A stretch of DNA of 64,000 nucleotides. It comes from Raja brachyura (Eukaryota). A program made the translations under genes and the position numbers. The DNA is taken from the NCBI GenBank assembly GCA_963514005.1, contig OY740814.1, positions 13,950,001 through 14,014,000 on the forward strand, written 5' to 3'. Under the pieces are notes generated by a model. It searched no databases, had not been told where the DNA came from, and was given only the letters and a program-made list of their open reading frames with translations. Shown here one piece after another: positions 12,740-25,400 of this stretch. The number at the start of each line of letters is the position of its first letter. The first letter of the stretch is position 1.

Positions 12740-14000
12740 CATACAGCAGGGAAACAGGCTCTTCGGCTCAACTAGTAGATGCTGACCAAGATTCCCAATC
12801 ACAAGCTTGTCTGCATTTGGTCCATAACCCTCTAAATCGTTCCTATTTTATCCAAGCGTCTTTTAAATGTTGGTTTAGTACCTACCTCAGCTATTTGCTC
12901 TGGCAGTTCATTCCATATACAACCACTCTGAGTGAAAAGATTGCCCATCTAGTTCTCTCCCCTCACATTTTAAACCTACTTGGGTTCTTGATTCGCCTAT
13001 AATCACTGGGAAATATAATCTGTGTAGTTACCCCATCAATTGCTTCATGAATTTATACACCTCTATGAGAGCACCTTTAAACCTTCGCCACTCCAAGGAA
13101 TAAAGAACTAGCCTGCACAACATCTCACTATAGCTCCAACCCTCAAGTCCTGGCGACCCTCGCAAATCTTCTCTGTATTCTTTGCAGCTTAACCTGTTAA
13201 TTGCTAAGTTTTTTTCTTCACTTGTATAATCTGACCAGAGTATACTCGGGGGTGGCACTGAACAGGTTAATGACATTCTTCCTAGAGCAGGGTGACCAAA
13301 ATTGAACATAATACTTCAAATGCAGCCTCACCAACGTCTTGTACAACTGTAACAGAATGTCCAATAGTCAATACCCTGACTGATAAAGGCAAATATACTA
13401 AAAGCCTTCTTTACCAGCCTTTCTACTAATGATGTCACTTTCAGGAAACTGTGCACCTGTACTCCTAAATCCCTCTGTCTACAACATTCTGTCTTCATCA
13501 GCATATTCAATTTTGAAGTTGGGTTATGTTACTGTTGGACAAGACATTGGTGAGGCCACATTTGGAGCACAGATGCTCCTCGACTTACGATAACTCGACT
13601 TACGATATTTCGACTTTACGATGGTGCAAAAGCGATACACATTCAGTAGAAAAATACTTTTGAATTTTGATCTTTTGCCGGGCTAGCGATATGCGGTACA
13701 ATACTCTCTCGTGATGCTGAGCAACGGCAGCGAGCCGCAGCTCCCAGTCACATGGGGTAAATGCATGGAATCTTTTATTCCGAGTAGGGGAATCAAGGCA
13801 TAGGTTCAGATGAGTGGGGTAAAGATTTAATAGGAATCTGAGGGTCAACATATTACACAAAGGGTGGTGGGTATATGGAGCCGCCAGAAGAGGTAGTTGA
13901 GTCAGGTACTATCACAACGTTTAGATGGGTGTAGATGGGCCATGTTGGTCAGCATGGGTAAGTTGGGCCGGAGGGTCAGTTTTCACGCTGTTTTGACTCA
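12740..14000. mobile_element. CR1 fragments in opposite orientations (minus to about 13510, then plus)
   Basis: ORFs 13028-13309 and 13328-13510 resemble the CR1 ORF2 C-terminus (RDLGVQVH, YSLE.RR..G.LIEVYK). Confidence 0.7.
13570..13750 (-). mobile_element. Tigger/pogo MITE fragment (MER47/Tigger5-like) nested in CR1
   Basis: Terminus cagatgctcctcgacttacgat with repeated tcgacttacgat subterminal motifs; CpG-rich; family assignment from recall. Confidence 0.7.
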
Positions 14001-14195
14001 TGACCCAGATCAACTAACAAGCAAATTAAGAGTAAGGGCTGAAAAGTTCTCTTGGACCTGATGGCCTGCATCATAATTCTTTAAAGAAGTGGCTGCAGAG
14101 AAAGTGGATTTATTGGGAGTGATCTTTCAAAAACCCTTACATTTTGGAAACCGTCAAGCAAACTGAAAACAGAAGTTACTTTGCAATTCAAAAAG

Positions 14196-14197
<2 letters not shown>

Positions 14198-14233
<36 letters not shown>
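14198..14233. repeat. (GA)n microsatellite
   Basis: About 18 perfect GA units. Confidence 0.95.
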
Positions 14234-14236
<3 letters not shown>

Positions 14237-14619
14237 AGGTGGAGGGAGAAATGGGGAGAATAAGAAACCATGGTTCAGTAATCTACCAATTATAGGTGAA
14301 ATGCTGGAATCCATCATTAACCTTGAATCTTTGAAACACATATTTTCTGCCTACGTCACCCATGCATCTGAATAGGCAGTCGGGCCTTATCTAGTGTCTC
14401 ACTCAGAAGCCTTCAATATATCAAAACCTCCTAAATAATTTGCAAAATTGTAACATTGGGTTATGAGCTCAAGTATCAGGTGCTCCCTAAACTGTCCACC
14501 TATTGCACAAAAGCCGAGTAAAAGCTACACATTTTGTCTGCGTTTATAATCTTGCATTGCATTGAAGACCAAATGTTTTCTTAAAACAAATAAGTAATCC
14601 CCAAAACATGGAATCGTAA

Positions 14620-15090
14620 TGCACAGAAAGGGGCCTCTATCAGCCCACCTCCTTTAAATTTTATCTCCCTCATCTTAAACCTCTGTCTCTAGTTCTAGAT
14701 TCCCCTGCCTTGGGGAAAAGACTCTGACCATTTATCTTATCTATCACCACTCAGCTGCCTACGTTTGAGTGAGAATAAACCCAGCCTAACCAATCACTCC
14801 ACATAATTACAGCCCTCCTTTCCAGGTCACATCCAAGTGAATCTCTTTGCGCTTTGTTGCCACCATAGCCTTTCTGCAATGTGCTAACCAGAAATATACG
14901 GATTACGCTAAATGAGGGCCACCCAATGTTTGGTACAGCAACAACATTTGCCATCTCTTGTACTCAATAGCTCGGCTTATGAACGCAAGCATGCCAAATG
15001 CTGCCATCACTACTTTCAGTGAGCCATTGGACGTGCACTCCCAAGTCTGTCTGTATATTAATGTTCCTACAGTCCCTGCTGTGTACATGC
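14620..15090 (-). mobile_element. Degraded CR1 3' fragment
   Basis: AFGMLAFISRAIEYK in ORF 14903-15088. Confidence 0.7.
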
Positions 15091-15863
15091 TTTAAGGAAC
15101 ATGAGGAGTACTGGTGCTGCTGGCAAAGCCACTATTTATTTCTAATCTTAATTTTCTTGGGAAAGTAGAGAAAATACTGCAACCTTTAATTTGAATTGAG
15201 GATGCCAGGAGTCTTTCAGGAGAATACAGTCTCTCAGCGCAAGCCAAAAATAAACATTACAGGAATTAAAGCTATTGAAAACTTACTACGTGCAGCAGTA
15301 TGTTGGTGATCTTATGTGCTCCAATGTGAACAATAAAACCAAAGTCAAAGGGTTTTAGTCAGACAAGGGAAGACATTTTCCCACTGACTGCATAGATTAA
15401 GGAAGGTGAAAAGAAGAGCTGTGATTATTGAGCGCAAAAAAGGTCAACTGTGTGTAACCCTAGTGCAAACAAACTGATAACTTTCAAAGTGACAAATGAT
15501 TTCTGAAAACATATGGCCATACTGTCATTTAAAGACAAGTCAAAAGATAAATGAAAATCAAGCAAAAAGACAACCGCCAAAAATAACAATACATGAACAG
15601 ATTATTGAAAACATTTGGGCATGAATATAGAAATTAAATTAGTTGCCGGAAATTACAAACATTGACTTTAAGATGCGATAATGTGCTTTATCCTAATCAT
15701 AATGGCTGACAGAGCAAAAAAATAAAAAGGTTTATATTTGCACCCTCAATGGAAGATACCAAAACCTGACAATAGTAGAACGTGTCAACAAGAATGGGCA
15801 ATCAAGCGTTTTACATATAGGTAAAAAGATGTGTTATTTCAAGTTGCCAGAAATTCTACTCAC

Positions 15864-15929
15864 CCCTGTTTGGAAGAGGAGTAAATGGAATAGTCTGAGA
15901 AAGCCGCATCAAATTATTCCTCTCAACAG
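15864..15929 (-). CDS. TRPM7: TRPM7 exon ~33 (66 nt) kinase dimerisation segment VERNNLMRLSQTIPFTPLPNR
   Basis: ttacag acceptor, G|gtgagt donor. Confidence 0.95.
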
Positions 15930-16020
15930 CTGTAAAGAAAGACACACAGAGCTCATCATTAGTCAAGTGAAACAGCAGTTAAATAAACATCGATGAAGCT
16001 TAATCTCTAGTCACACTGAC

Positions 16021-16071
16021 CTGAATAGTAGTAATTTACATCCAGTGCAGGTTTAAAAGGAGAACCAATCA
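16021..16071 (-). CDS. TRPM7: TRPM7 exon ~32 (51 nt) IGSPFKPALDVNYYYS
   Basis: cttag acceptor, G|gtcagt donor. Confidence 0.92.
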
Positions 16072-16318
16072 CTAAGAAGCAAAGGAGGGGAAAAAGAGAC
16101 ATAGCACTTTTAAAATGAAACATAACAGTTCTTGCAAAAACAGTGATGGTTTACTATTATATATACACGAGTCATATTTACACCAAGTAAAATAATTAAT
16201 TTTCCCTGACATTTTTAAATCTTTAAATGCTATTAATTTCTGTTATAAAACAAAAACGAAATGAGAGTCCATTTAAAAACTGTGCTTTGAGAAGCTGAAA
16301 ATATCAATATCATCTTAC

Positions 16319-16372
16319 CTCCCATTTTTCTTTGCCTTGCATGAGATTGATGAGCATTGTAAAAGTGTTGTG
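16319..16372 (-). CDS. TRPM7: Candidate extra cassette exon (54 nt) (A)QHFYNAHQSHARQRKMG
   Basis: tctccatctttttcag acceptor, GAG|gtaaga donor; symmetric phase 1-1 and stop-free. Confidence 0.5.
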
Positions 16373-17385
16373 CTGAAAAAGATGGAGATCAAGATCCTTA
16401 AACTCTCCCTACACAAAGCCAACGTGGTAGATTATCAAAAGATAGATGGGCTTGGAACACATCAGAATTCCAAAAAGCATTGAAGTCAATCACTTCACAA
16501 AATCATATTCTTCATGCACATCAGTATGTATTTCAGGACAGAATAAACATGTTCACACAAGCTGCCATTTGTCCAGAGTAATGGAGGCCGGTGTTAACAA
16601 CTATGACCATCATTAACAGGACTGCGTCGACCATTGATTTCGGGCATCTTGCTGGAAAGCTGACAATTTCTCAGTTGGTCTGCTCTTCTTTGAGTGGCAC
16701 AGGTATTTTCCAACATCCAAGAAAGATTTTAAATACTGAGAATACTGTTGCCCAACTTGCTGTGTACTTCAATTATCCGGTCTTTAATTAACATTTAAGA
16801 TATGTAATACACAATAAAGTACGGAGCATTTAAATAAATACCTGATAAATAATCAGTTTGAAGTATGTAATAATACTTTGTCTACATAGGGAAAGTTAGC
16901 TAAGCAGAAAGCAAGTAAAGGTATTATGTGAAGCTAATGAAAGAAAAGGATTAGTGTATGCAGAGAAATAAATCCAATTATGTCCTTGCAGCACAGCAAA
17001 CTTAACAGGGTCTGAAAAAAGTTTAAGTATTTTAATTATCAGAGGTTTATTGGGATTAGGTTTTATAACCAGATTTTGATTATTGGCACAAGGCACTGCA
17101 TTCTTTTCCAAAACACTAACTAAAGCTCCATAAAGGTAAAAAAGTTGTCGGTTTAGCATTGTTAAACACATGGTGTATGAATACGAAGTAGCTTGGACAC
17201 AAAACAAGCCAAGATTACTAAATAAAAGTCCTATCGTTGCATAATCACAAAGCTGAGAAAGCTGGAACAAAGCACTGGCGCTCACTACAATAGTAGAGTT
17301 ACATTTTGAGACAGTTTAAAATCAAATGGTTTCAATAAAATATATTATGGAGATTCAATTAGCACATGTTGAATTCAAGTCTTAC

Positions 17386-17411
17386 CACTTAAGGCATCTT
17401 CACCAACAGCC
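17386..17411 (-). CDS. TRPM7: TRPM7 microexon ~31 (26 nt) AVGEDALS
   Basis: catttcag acceptor, G|gtaaga donor; phase 2 to 1; resembles human PSEEGTLN. Confidence 0.78.
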
Positions 17412-17797
17412 CTGAAATGAAAAATCAAAAAGATTCACAATTGATCAAAAAGATTTAAAACTAGAATCAATTACTTACATGCCAAGTAAATTATTTAAGC
17501 ATGTAGAAAACTTTACCAAATAGGTTTTCATAATTCGTAATTAGCTAAATCTGTGTTGCGCTTATGCAGGGTTTAATGAGAGAAAGATAGATCAGCCATG
17601 ACTGAATGGCGGAGTAGACTTGAATGGCTGAATGACCTAATTCTGCTCCTATGACTTATGAATATTTGGGACAGTCGGTTCACAGACTATTAATAATAGA
17701 TTAATAACATTATAGGTATTAATGTAATTATAACATTTGTCATCCAAAGTAGCAATGACCAGAAATAGAAAATGATTTATATACATATAATTTTATT

Positions 17798-20160
17798 CCA
17801 TATAACCATATAACAATTACAGCACGGAAACAGGCCATCTCGGACCTTCAAGTCCGTGCCGAACAACTTTTTTCCCTTAGTCCCACCTGCCTGCACTCAT
17901 ACCATAACCCTCCATACCCTTCTCATCCATATGCCTATCCAATTTATTTTTAAATGATACCAACGAACCTGCCGCCACCACTTCCACTGGAAGCTCATTC
18001 CACACCGCTACCACTCTCTGAGTAAAGAAGTTCCCCCTCATGTTACCCCTAAACCTCTGTCCCTTAATTCTAAAGTCATGTCCTCTTGTTTGAATCTTCC
18101 CTATTCTCAAAGGGAAAAGCTTGTCCACATTAACTCTGTCTATCCCTCTCATCATTTTAAAGACCTCTATCAAGTCACCCCTTAACCTTCTGCGCTCCAG
18201 AGAATAAAGACCTAACTTATTCAACCTATCTCTGTAACTTAGCTGTTGAAACCCAGGCAACATTCTAGTAAATCTCCTCTGTACCCTCTCTATTTTGTTG
18301 ACATCCTTCCTATAATTGGGCGACCAAAATTGTACACCATACTCCAGATTTGGTCTCACCAACGTCTTGTACAATTTTAACATTACATCCCAGCTTCTAT
18401 ACTCAATGCTCTAATTTATAAAGGCTAGCATACCAAAAGCTTTCTTTACCACCCTATCTATATGAGATTCTACCTTCAAGGAACTATGCACGGTTATTCC
18501 CAGATCCCTCTGTTCAACTGTATTCTTCAATTCCCTACCGTTTACCATGTACGTCCTATTTTGATTTGTCCTGCCAAGGTGTAGCACCTCACATTTATCA
18601 GCATTAAACTCCATCTGCCATCTTTCAGCCCATTTTTCCAACTGGCCTAAATCACTCTGTAGACTTTGGAAATCCTCTTCATTATCCACAACACCCCCTA
18701 TCTTGGTATCATCTGCATACTTACTAATCCAATTTACCACCCCTTCATCCAGATCATTGATGTACATGACAAACAACAAAGGACCCAACACAGATCCCTG
18801 AGGCACCCCACTAGTCACCTGCCTCCAACCCGACAAACAGCCATCCACCATTACCCTCTGGCTTCTCCCATTCAGCCACTGTTGAATCCATCTTGCTATT
18901 CCTGCATTTATACCCAACAGTTGAACCTTCTTAACCAACCTTCCATGAGGAACCTTGTCAAAGGCCTTACTGAAGTCCATATAGACAACATCCACAGCTT
19001 TACCCTCGTCAATTTCCCTAGTAACCTCTTCAAAAAATTCAAGAAGATTAGTCAAACATGACCTTCCAGGCATAAATCCATGTTGACTGTTCCTAATTAG
19101 ACCCTCTTTATCCAGATACTTATATATATTATCTCTAAGTATCTTTTCCATTAATTTGCCCACCACTGAAGTCAAACTAACCGGTCTATAATTGCTAGGT
19201 TTACTTTTAGAACCCTTTTTAAACAATGGAACAACATGCGCAGTATGCCAATCCTCGGGGACTATTCCAGTTTCTAATGACATTTGAAATATTTCTGTCA
19301 TAGCCCCGGCTATTTCTACACTAACTTCCCTCAATGTCCTAGGGAATATCCTGTCAGGACCTGGAGACTTATCCACTTTTATATTTTTCAAAAGTGCCAG
19401 TACTTCTTTTACTTTGAAACTCATAGTATCCATAGCTACTCTACTAGTTTCCCTTACCTCACATAATTCAATATCCTTCTCCTTGGTGAATACCGAAGAA
19501 AAGAAATTGTTCAATATCTCCCCCATCTCTTTTGGCTCTGCAGATAGCTGTCCACTCGGTCTCTCCAATGGACCAATTTTATCCCTTGTTATCCTTTTGC
19601 TATTAACATAGCTGTAGAAACCCTTTGGATTTACTTTCACCTTACTTGCCAAAGCAACCTCATATCTTCTTTTAGCTTTTCTAATTTCTTTCTTTAGATT
19701 CTTTTTACATTCCTTATACTCCTCAAGCACATCATTTACTTCATGCTGCCTATAATTATTGTAGATCTCCCTCTTTTTCCGAACAAGATGTCCAATTTCC
19801 CTTGAAAACCAGGGCTCTTTCCAATTTTTACTGGTTCCTTTCAACCGAACAGGAACATAAAGATTTTGTACTCTTAAAATTTCCCCTTTAAATGTCCTCC
19901 ATTTCTCCTCTACATCTTTCCCATAAAACAAAATGTCCCAGTTCACTCCTTTTAAATCATCTCGCATCTCGTTAAAGTTAGCCTTTCTCCAATCAAAAAT
20001 CTCATCCCTAGGCCCAGTTCTGTCCTTCTCCATAATTATATTGAAACTAATGGTATTGTGATCACTGGACCCGAAGTGCTCCCCTACGCATACCTCCACC
20101 ACCTGTCCCGTCTCATTTCCTAACAGGAGGTCCAGCACTGCCCCTCCTCTAGTAGGCACC
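17798..20160 (-). mobile_element. Young 5'-truncated CR1 (HER1-like) LINE; RT ORF broken only by one in-frame stop at 18411-18413
   Basis: 582 aa plus 168 aa in the same frame; NYRPVSL, DFSKAFD, GVPQGSVLGP and YADD motifs; short tandem catataac tail. Confidence 0.95.
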
Positions 20161-20529
20161 CTATTCCCTATTATATTTTCACATTATCTTATGAAATAGA
20201 AGATCGTATGGAACAACCAAATCTATGCTAGCTCAGCATTTTTTTGGTCTCGTTTTCAGCAACAACTTTTCTCCCACATCCTTCAACGCCCGTGAGCCTT
20301 CCTGGATGTAGTCCTAACCTTCCAATCTACCTCGGAGCACTATTCACACTTTTTGTTTATCTGCACTTTCTCTGTAGCTGCAAAATTATATTCTGGATTG
20401 TTAATTTTCTCTTTTGCACAACCTTTTGCATTCGGGTACAGTATGACCTGCCTGGATAACACACAAAGTTTTTCATTCGATTTTAGTTTACATGACAATA
20501 ATAAACTAATACAAATACCAATTCTCCAT

Positions 20530-20970
20530 GAATACACTCACTGCCCACTGGTCTGCACCTGGACCATATCCCTCCAAACCTTTCCTATTTATGTACTCGT
20601 CTAAGTGTCTTTTCAATATTGTAACTGTACCCACCTCTTCCACTTCCTCTGGCACCTTATTGTCCAAACCCATCATCTTCTGAATGAAGAAATTGCCCCA
20701 CCGATCCCTTTTAAAGCTCTCCTCTCTCACTTGAAAACCTGCTAGGTTGCGATTCCCCTGCCATGGGAAAAGGCTGTCCCTCATGATATTATATAACTCT
20801 ATAAGATCACCACCCAGCTACTTATTTTTCAGGAGAAAAAAGACACACCCGATCCAGACTCTCCTGATAACTTGAATACTCCAGACCCAGCAACATCCTA
20901 TTAAATCTATTTTGTGCCCTTTCCAGTTTATAGCATTACTAATGGAATAGAATTGTGTGCAGTCATCACC
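20530..20970 (-). mobile_element. Degraded CR1 3' fragment
   Basis: GNFFIQ...LKRHLDEYINRKGLEGYG in ORF 20506-20784. Confidence 0.7.
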
Positions 20971-21138
20971 AACATGCTCACCTCTGACCTCAAGATGGAA
21001 GGAAGATTATTGATGAAGAAGCTGAACACAGTTGGGTCAAGGAAACTGCCCTGAGGAACCCCAACAGTGATTGAATGAGTGATTGATCTCCAATAACCAT
21101 GCCTTAATTTCTAGGAATCTATTAAATTATCCACTTAC

Positions 21139-21179
21139 ATTTGACTACTGGATGCAACAGATTTATCTTCCAGACGACC
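21139..21179 (-). CDS. TRPM7: TRPM7 exon ~30 (41 nt) GRLEDKSVASSSQM
   Basis: gtttag acceptor, AT|gtaagt donor; phase 0 to 2 as required. Confidence 0.78.
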
Positions 21180-21879
21180 CTAAACCAAAATGGAAAAAAT
21201 GATGGTGCACATGAACACATTGATAAACATAATGTACAATATGCTTTAATTGACATTGTTCTCATGCTGTGTGCAGATCCAGTGCTTGGTATAAAGTTAG
21301 TTTATGCTCTAGTTCATTTAAAATCAGGAGGAATTTAATGTAAATAGTTGTTCCTGGAATGGAATTTGGCTGCAACCATATCACGTCTTTACCTGGAAAT
21401 TACTACTTTTACTTAAAGTCTGTTCATTTCATTTTTCAGTTCTAATGAATATCTGATAAGTGATAACCATTTTTTTCTCTTTGCCAATGCTACCCGACCT
21501 GTTTTTAATTCTAGTCCCTTTAAGGATCTGTTTTGGAAACAAACAAATCATTTCAGTAAAGCTCATCCTGAAAGTAATGTAATTTTTGATGGATACTCAA
21601 ACAGATTAGTCAATTATTGAACATTTTCTTGAAGAAAATGTGCTAATTTGTAAGTGAAGATAAATTAACACTGAGGGCACCTTAATGTAAATTGACATTT
21701 TCCCATCAAGAGGGAGGAGGAATTTCCAGTAAATCTCAAACAGCCCAAAAGTTTAGGATCTTGCTCCTTGTTTTGGACTGAAAATAGCAGTCAAAAAGAG
21801 GCACAACACATGAAAAAATGAATGCTTCAAAGAACGTCAGGAAGGTGAGCAGAGGCTTACAATGTTAGCAAGAATGTAT

Positions 21880-22420
21880 TTGACTCTATTACTTTTTCTG
21901 GCAGCTTGTTCCATACACTGTGTGAAGAAATTGCTCCTCAGGTCACTTTTAAAGTTTTACCCTCTCACCTTAAACCTATGCCCTTTTTGACTCCCCTACC
22001 CTAGGGAAAAAACTGTCCCTCGAGATTTTATACACCTCAATAAAGGTCAACCTTCAGTCTCCTGCATTCCAGGAAAAAAAAGACTCGACTGACAACTCAA
22101 ATCCTTCAGACTTGATTAACATCCTCGTAAATCTTTTTTTGCGCCCTTTCCAGTTTAATGACATCCTTCCTGCAGCAGGGCGACCAAAACTGTACACAGT
22201 ACTCCAAATGTGGCTTGCCTATGTCTTGTGAAGCTGAAACATGACATCCTAACCCCTGTACTCAATGCACTGACCAACAAGCATGCCCAACAACTTCTTT
22301 ACTACCCTGTTTGTCTACTTGCATTCCAACTTCAATGCACCAGTAAAGTTATTTCTGAACTATAACACTGCCCTATCATTTATTGTGCAAATCCTACGCT
22401 GGCTTGTCATACCAAAATGA
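21880..22420 (-). mobile_element. Degraded CR1 fragment
   Basis: Similar to 18000-18550 (acatccttcc...gcgaccaaaactgtacac..tactcca). Confidence 0.7.
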
Positions 22421-22779
22421 TATTTTATTTATCTCCCTTCATTGACGATACAATTTGAATGACTGGAGGACATTGTATGAATTTAGGAAGTTTACACAGT
22501 TGGTCAAAACCATGTTGCAGCAAACAAAAAAAATTGCTTTATGAAACAAGTCAGGTACAGATTATACAATTTAGCAAGCAAGCTTTGGCAGCATGCAACC
22601 AGAATGAAGTCACATCCTTTTATTGAACATTACCAGATTGCAGCAGTCTTTGTAGTAATGCTCATGGTAATTAGTGTGTTGTATTTAGTATAACATTATG
22701 CCAAGCAGAACAGACAGAATGGAGATATGTGAAAGACAAATGACCTGTTGACTATATAAGCCAAGCTAGGGGACGGTTG

Positions 22780-23790
22780 CAGCATATAAAAGGGAATGAG
22801 GAGAGACAGGTAATGGAGGGATGCTTTTCTGACTGGATGTATATGACTAGTGCAGGAAGTGGTGCCGAACCTTCTGTTGTTTAATATATATATTAATGGC
22901 TTGGATGTAAATGTACAAATTATGATGAATCCACAATGAGATGTAAATTGGTGTTGTTATGAATAGCATGAAAAGTTACCTCAGGCAACAGCAGGATATA
23001 AACCCACGGGATGTTGTGCAGAGCATTGCAAGTGGAATTAAATTCCGACAAATGCAAGGTGTTTCACTTTGTAAAGTCAAACAGTGGTAGAATATTTACA
23101 ATAAAAGGTAGAAATTATGATAAACAGAATGACCTTCAGTGTGCATGTCCATCATTGGTGGATAGGGTGGTGTAGAAGGCATATGGCATGCCTCCCTTCA
23201 TAGATCAGGGAATAGAATACAAGAATTAGGGGATTACATTGCAATGTAACTTAACAGACTTGGAATATTATGTTCAGTTCCGGTCACCACACCATAGAAA
23301 GGATGTGATTGCACCAAAGAGAGAGAAGAGACCAGGAAGTTGTCTCGATTCAACTTTAATTATGGGGAGAGATTGCATAAACTGGCCTCGTCTTCCCTGA
23401 AGCCAAGGAGGCCGAGGGGTCACCCAATAGAGGTACCGTATTTTGTACTGTCCACTGGCCGCTCGCAGCCACCCGAGCCAATTTGTCAGCCCAGGCCTTG
23501 AAGACCCGGGCCAGACTCCCCACACGCTATGAAAGGGACTCTTCTCCCCCCTCCCCCTCCCCCCCCCCCCCCCCCCCGCGGCGCTGTCCTTTTACAGCTG
23601 CTTCCCATCAGCTGTCAGCAATGTGGGATAGACTTGGCTAACAACCTAACCTTCGGGCTCAAAGACGCAGGTAAATTTTTGTGCCTTCTTTTTGGGTAAA
23701 AAATAGCATCTTCATTGCCAGGAAATACGGTATATAAAATCATGAGCAGCATGGAAATGATGGACAGTCAGACTGGTTTTCCCTTTTGTA
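22780..23790 (+). mobile_element. Degraded CR1 RT/C-terminal fragment interrupted by a MITE
   Basis: gcaagtggaattaaattccgacaaatgcaaggtg (Q-V-E-.-N-.-D-K-C-K-V) and gttcagttccggtcacc motifs. Confidence 0.7.
23436..23730. mobile_element. Tc2/pogo-type MITE
   Basis: TIR ccgtattt / aaatacgg; TA duplication; removing it restores the CR1 sequence atagaggta-tataaaatcatgag. Confidence 0.75.
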
Positions 23791-24275
23791 TAAAGAAAAG
23801 AGGAGCAATTTCAGATAACACCTAGAATTCATCATCATGAAAACAAGTTAAGGAGTATCCAAAGAGAAACAGAATTAAAGTTTTAACAAAGACTTTTTGG
23901 CGTATGACCCTTCTAGGCCTATTGAAATGTTAACCATTTCCCTTGCCAGTTTCTGCCTCAACTATGAATTGTTTCCGCACATTTTTTGATTTCCAGCATT
24001 TGCAATTTTTAAATTCTCATCATCAGCTTGTGTATTGATGGAGAACAATTAAAATAGATGGCATCAGTCAAGGAAAGGCCCAATAAAAACACAAGGATTC
24101 AAAACGTGCATCAAATAGAGGAGATTTGTGTGCCACATTATAAAATCACAGACCCACTGGGTTTAAATGCTATTTTTTAAATCCACCCATGAACATACTT
24201 TAAAATGTTTGCTTTTCAAAATTAATATTGCATTAACCAACATTATTTGATAACAAGCATAGCAATCGAACTGAC

Positions 24276-24361
24276 CTGTAGAGAAGCTTTTGAATTCTCT
24301 CGGTAGAATGTTACATCTTCAGCTGAGGCCCTGGTCCTGTCTTTGCCACCCCTGCCTTGTA
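24276..24361 (-). CDS. TRPM7: TRPM7 exon ~29 (86 nt) QGRGGKDRTRASAEDVTFYRENSKASLQ
   Basis: tttaccag acceptor, CAG|gtcagt donor; resembles human RRPSTED...DSKAAL. Confidence 0.82.
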
Positions 24362-25186
24362 CTGGTAAACAAAAGAAGCACATTAGAGTCATTGTTGTAA
24401 AGACTATATCAGAAAGGCGTCAATGCTGTTTTATGTATTTCCTCATATTTGAGTGCTGGCAGGAAGTCAAAGACCATTGTACAAATACATTGGGAAATAT
24501 CCAAATACATCACTTGCCAATAAAGTTCCTAATGTCAAAACAATTCAATGGCTTTACAAATATAGTCCTACTAGGGATGGGGAAGTGCTAGAGATTGATC
24601 CCAGAGATTGAAGCAGGGTAAATGGGTGTGCACTTTGGAAATAGTGACAACATTAAGTTCCAAAGTAGTTACGGAAAGTGATTGTCTAAATGGGGGCAAG
24701 GTCAATTTCAATATCAATGGACAAGACCTGGCAAACACAGACTGGTTGAAGTTAAATGCAGGTAAAGACTGGGGAACTGAGAGTCATTTACAAATGAAAA
24801 ATAAAGTTCTTAGTCAACACGTTCCAGTAAAGATTATGGATAATAAAGGCAAATGCAGGGAATCATGGATGTTAAATAATAGAGTTTGAAAAAGTAAAAA
24901 ATGGAAGCACATAGTGGATGGAAATGGAGACTCTTCAGGAGCATAGAGTGTAGTGGGGATGCTGACACAAAAATTAGGAGGGCAAAGAAGGGTCTTGAAA
25001 TATCACTGGCAGATAATGTTAAAACAAAATCCCATGGTATTTTATAAATGCCTTAAGGGTAACCAGGGGAGTGGAGCCCCTTAGCCACCGTAGAGGGAAT
25101 CTGTGCATAGATCAAGAGAAATGTGTGAGCGCACTGGAGAGCGCGCAAAGGAGAATCAGCCACATGTTGCCTGGAATGGAGCATCT

Positions 25187-25322
25187 GGGGTGGAAGGTTG
25201 TGACCTTCACGTGGTCCACCCTGTTTCGACTAATGCAATCAACCCGACGTGCACAAACAAATAGATCAAATAGAACAAGTTGACTTGCAACTTTAGGCTG
25301 TGCACACCATACGCAAGAAGAA
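25187..25322 (+). mobile_element. Short retroposon 3' end with (AAG)n tail, Vingi-like
   Basis: 8-bp TSD gagcatct (25179-25186 and 25323-25330); ends ccatacgcaagaagaag; nested in CR1. Confidence 0.6.
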
Positions 25323-25400
25323 GAGCATCTCAGTTATGATGGAAGAGGCTGGGCTTGTATTGGAGAAGAGCAGACAAAGCAGTTCTACTGAGAGAATCTA

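Noticed and set aside
21682-21777. Exon-like segment after a ttttcag acceptor in intron 29
   Set aside because: Stop codon in the required phase-0 frame and a weak donor
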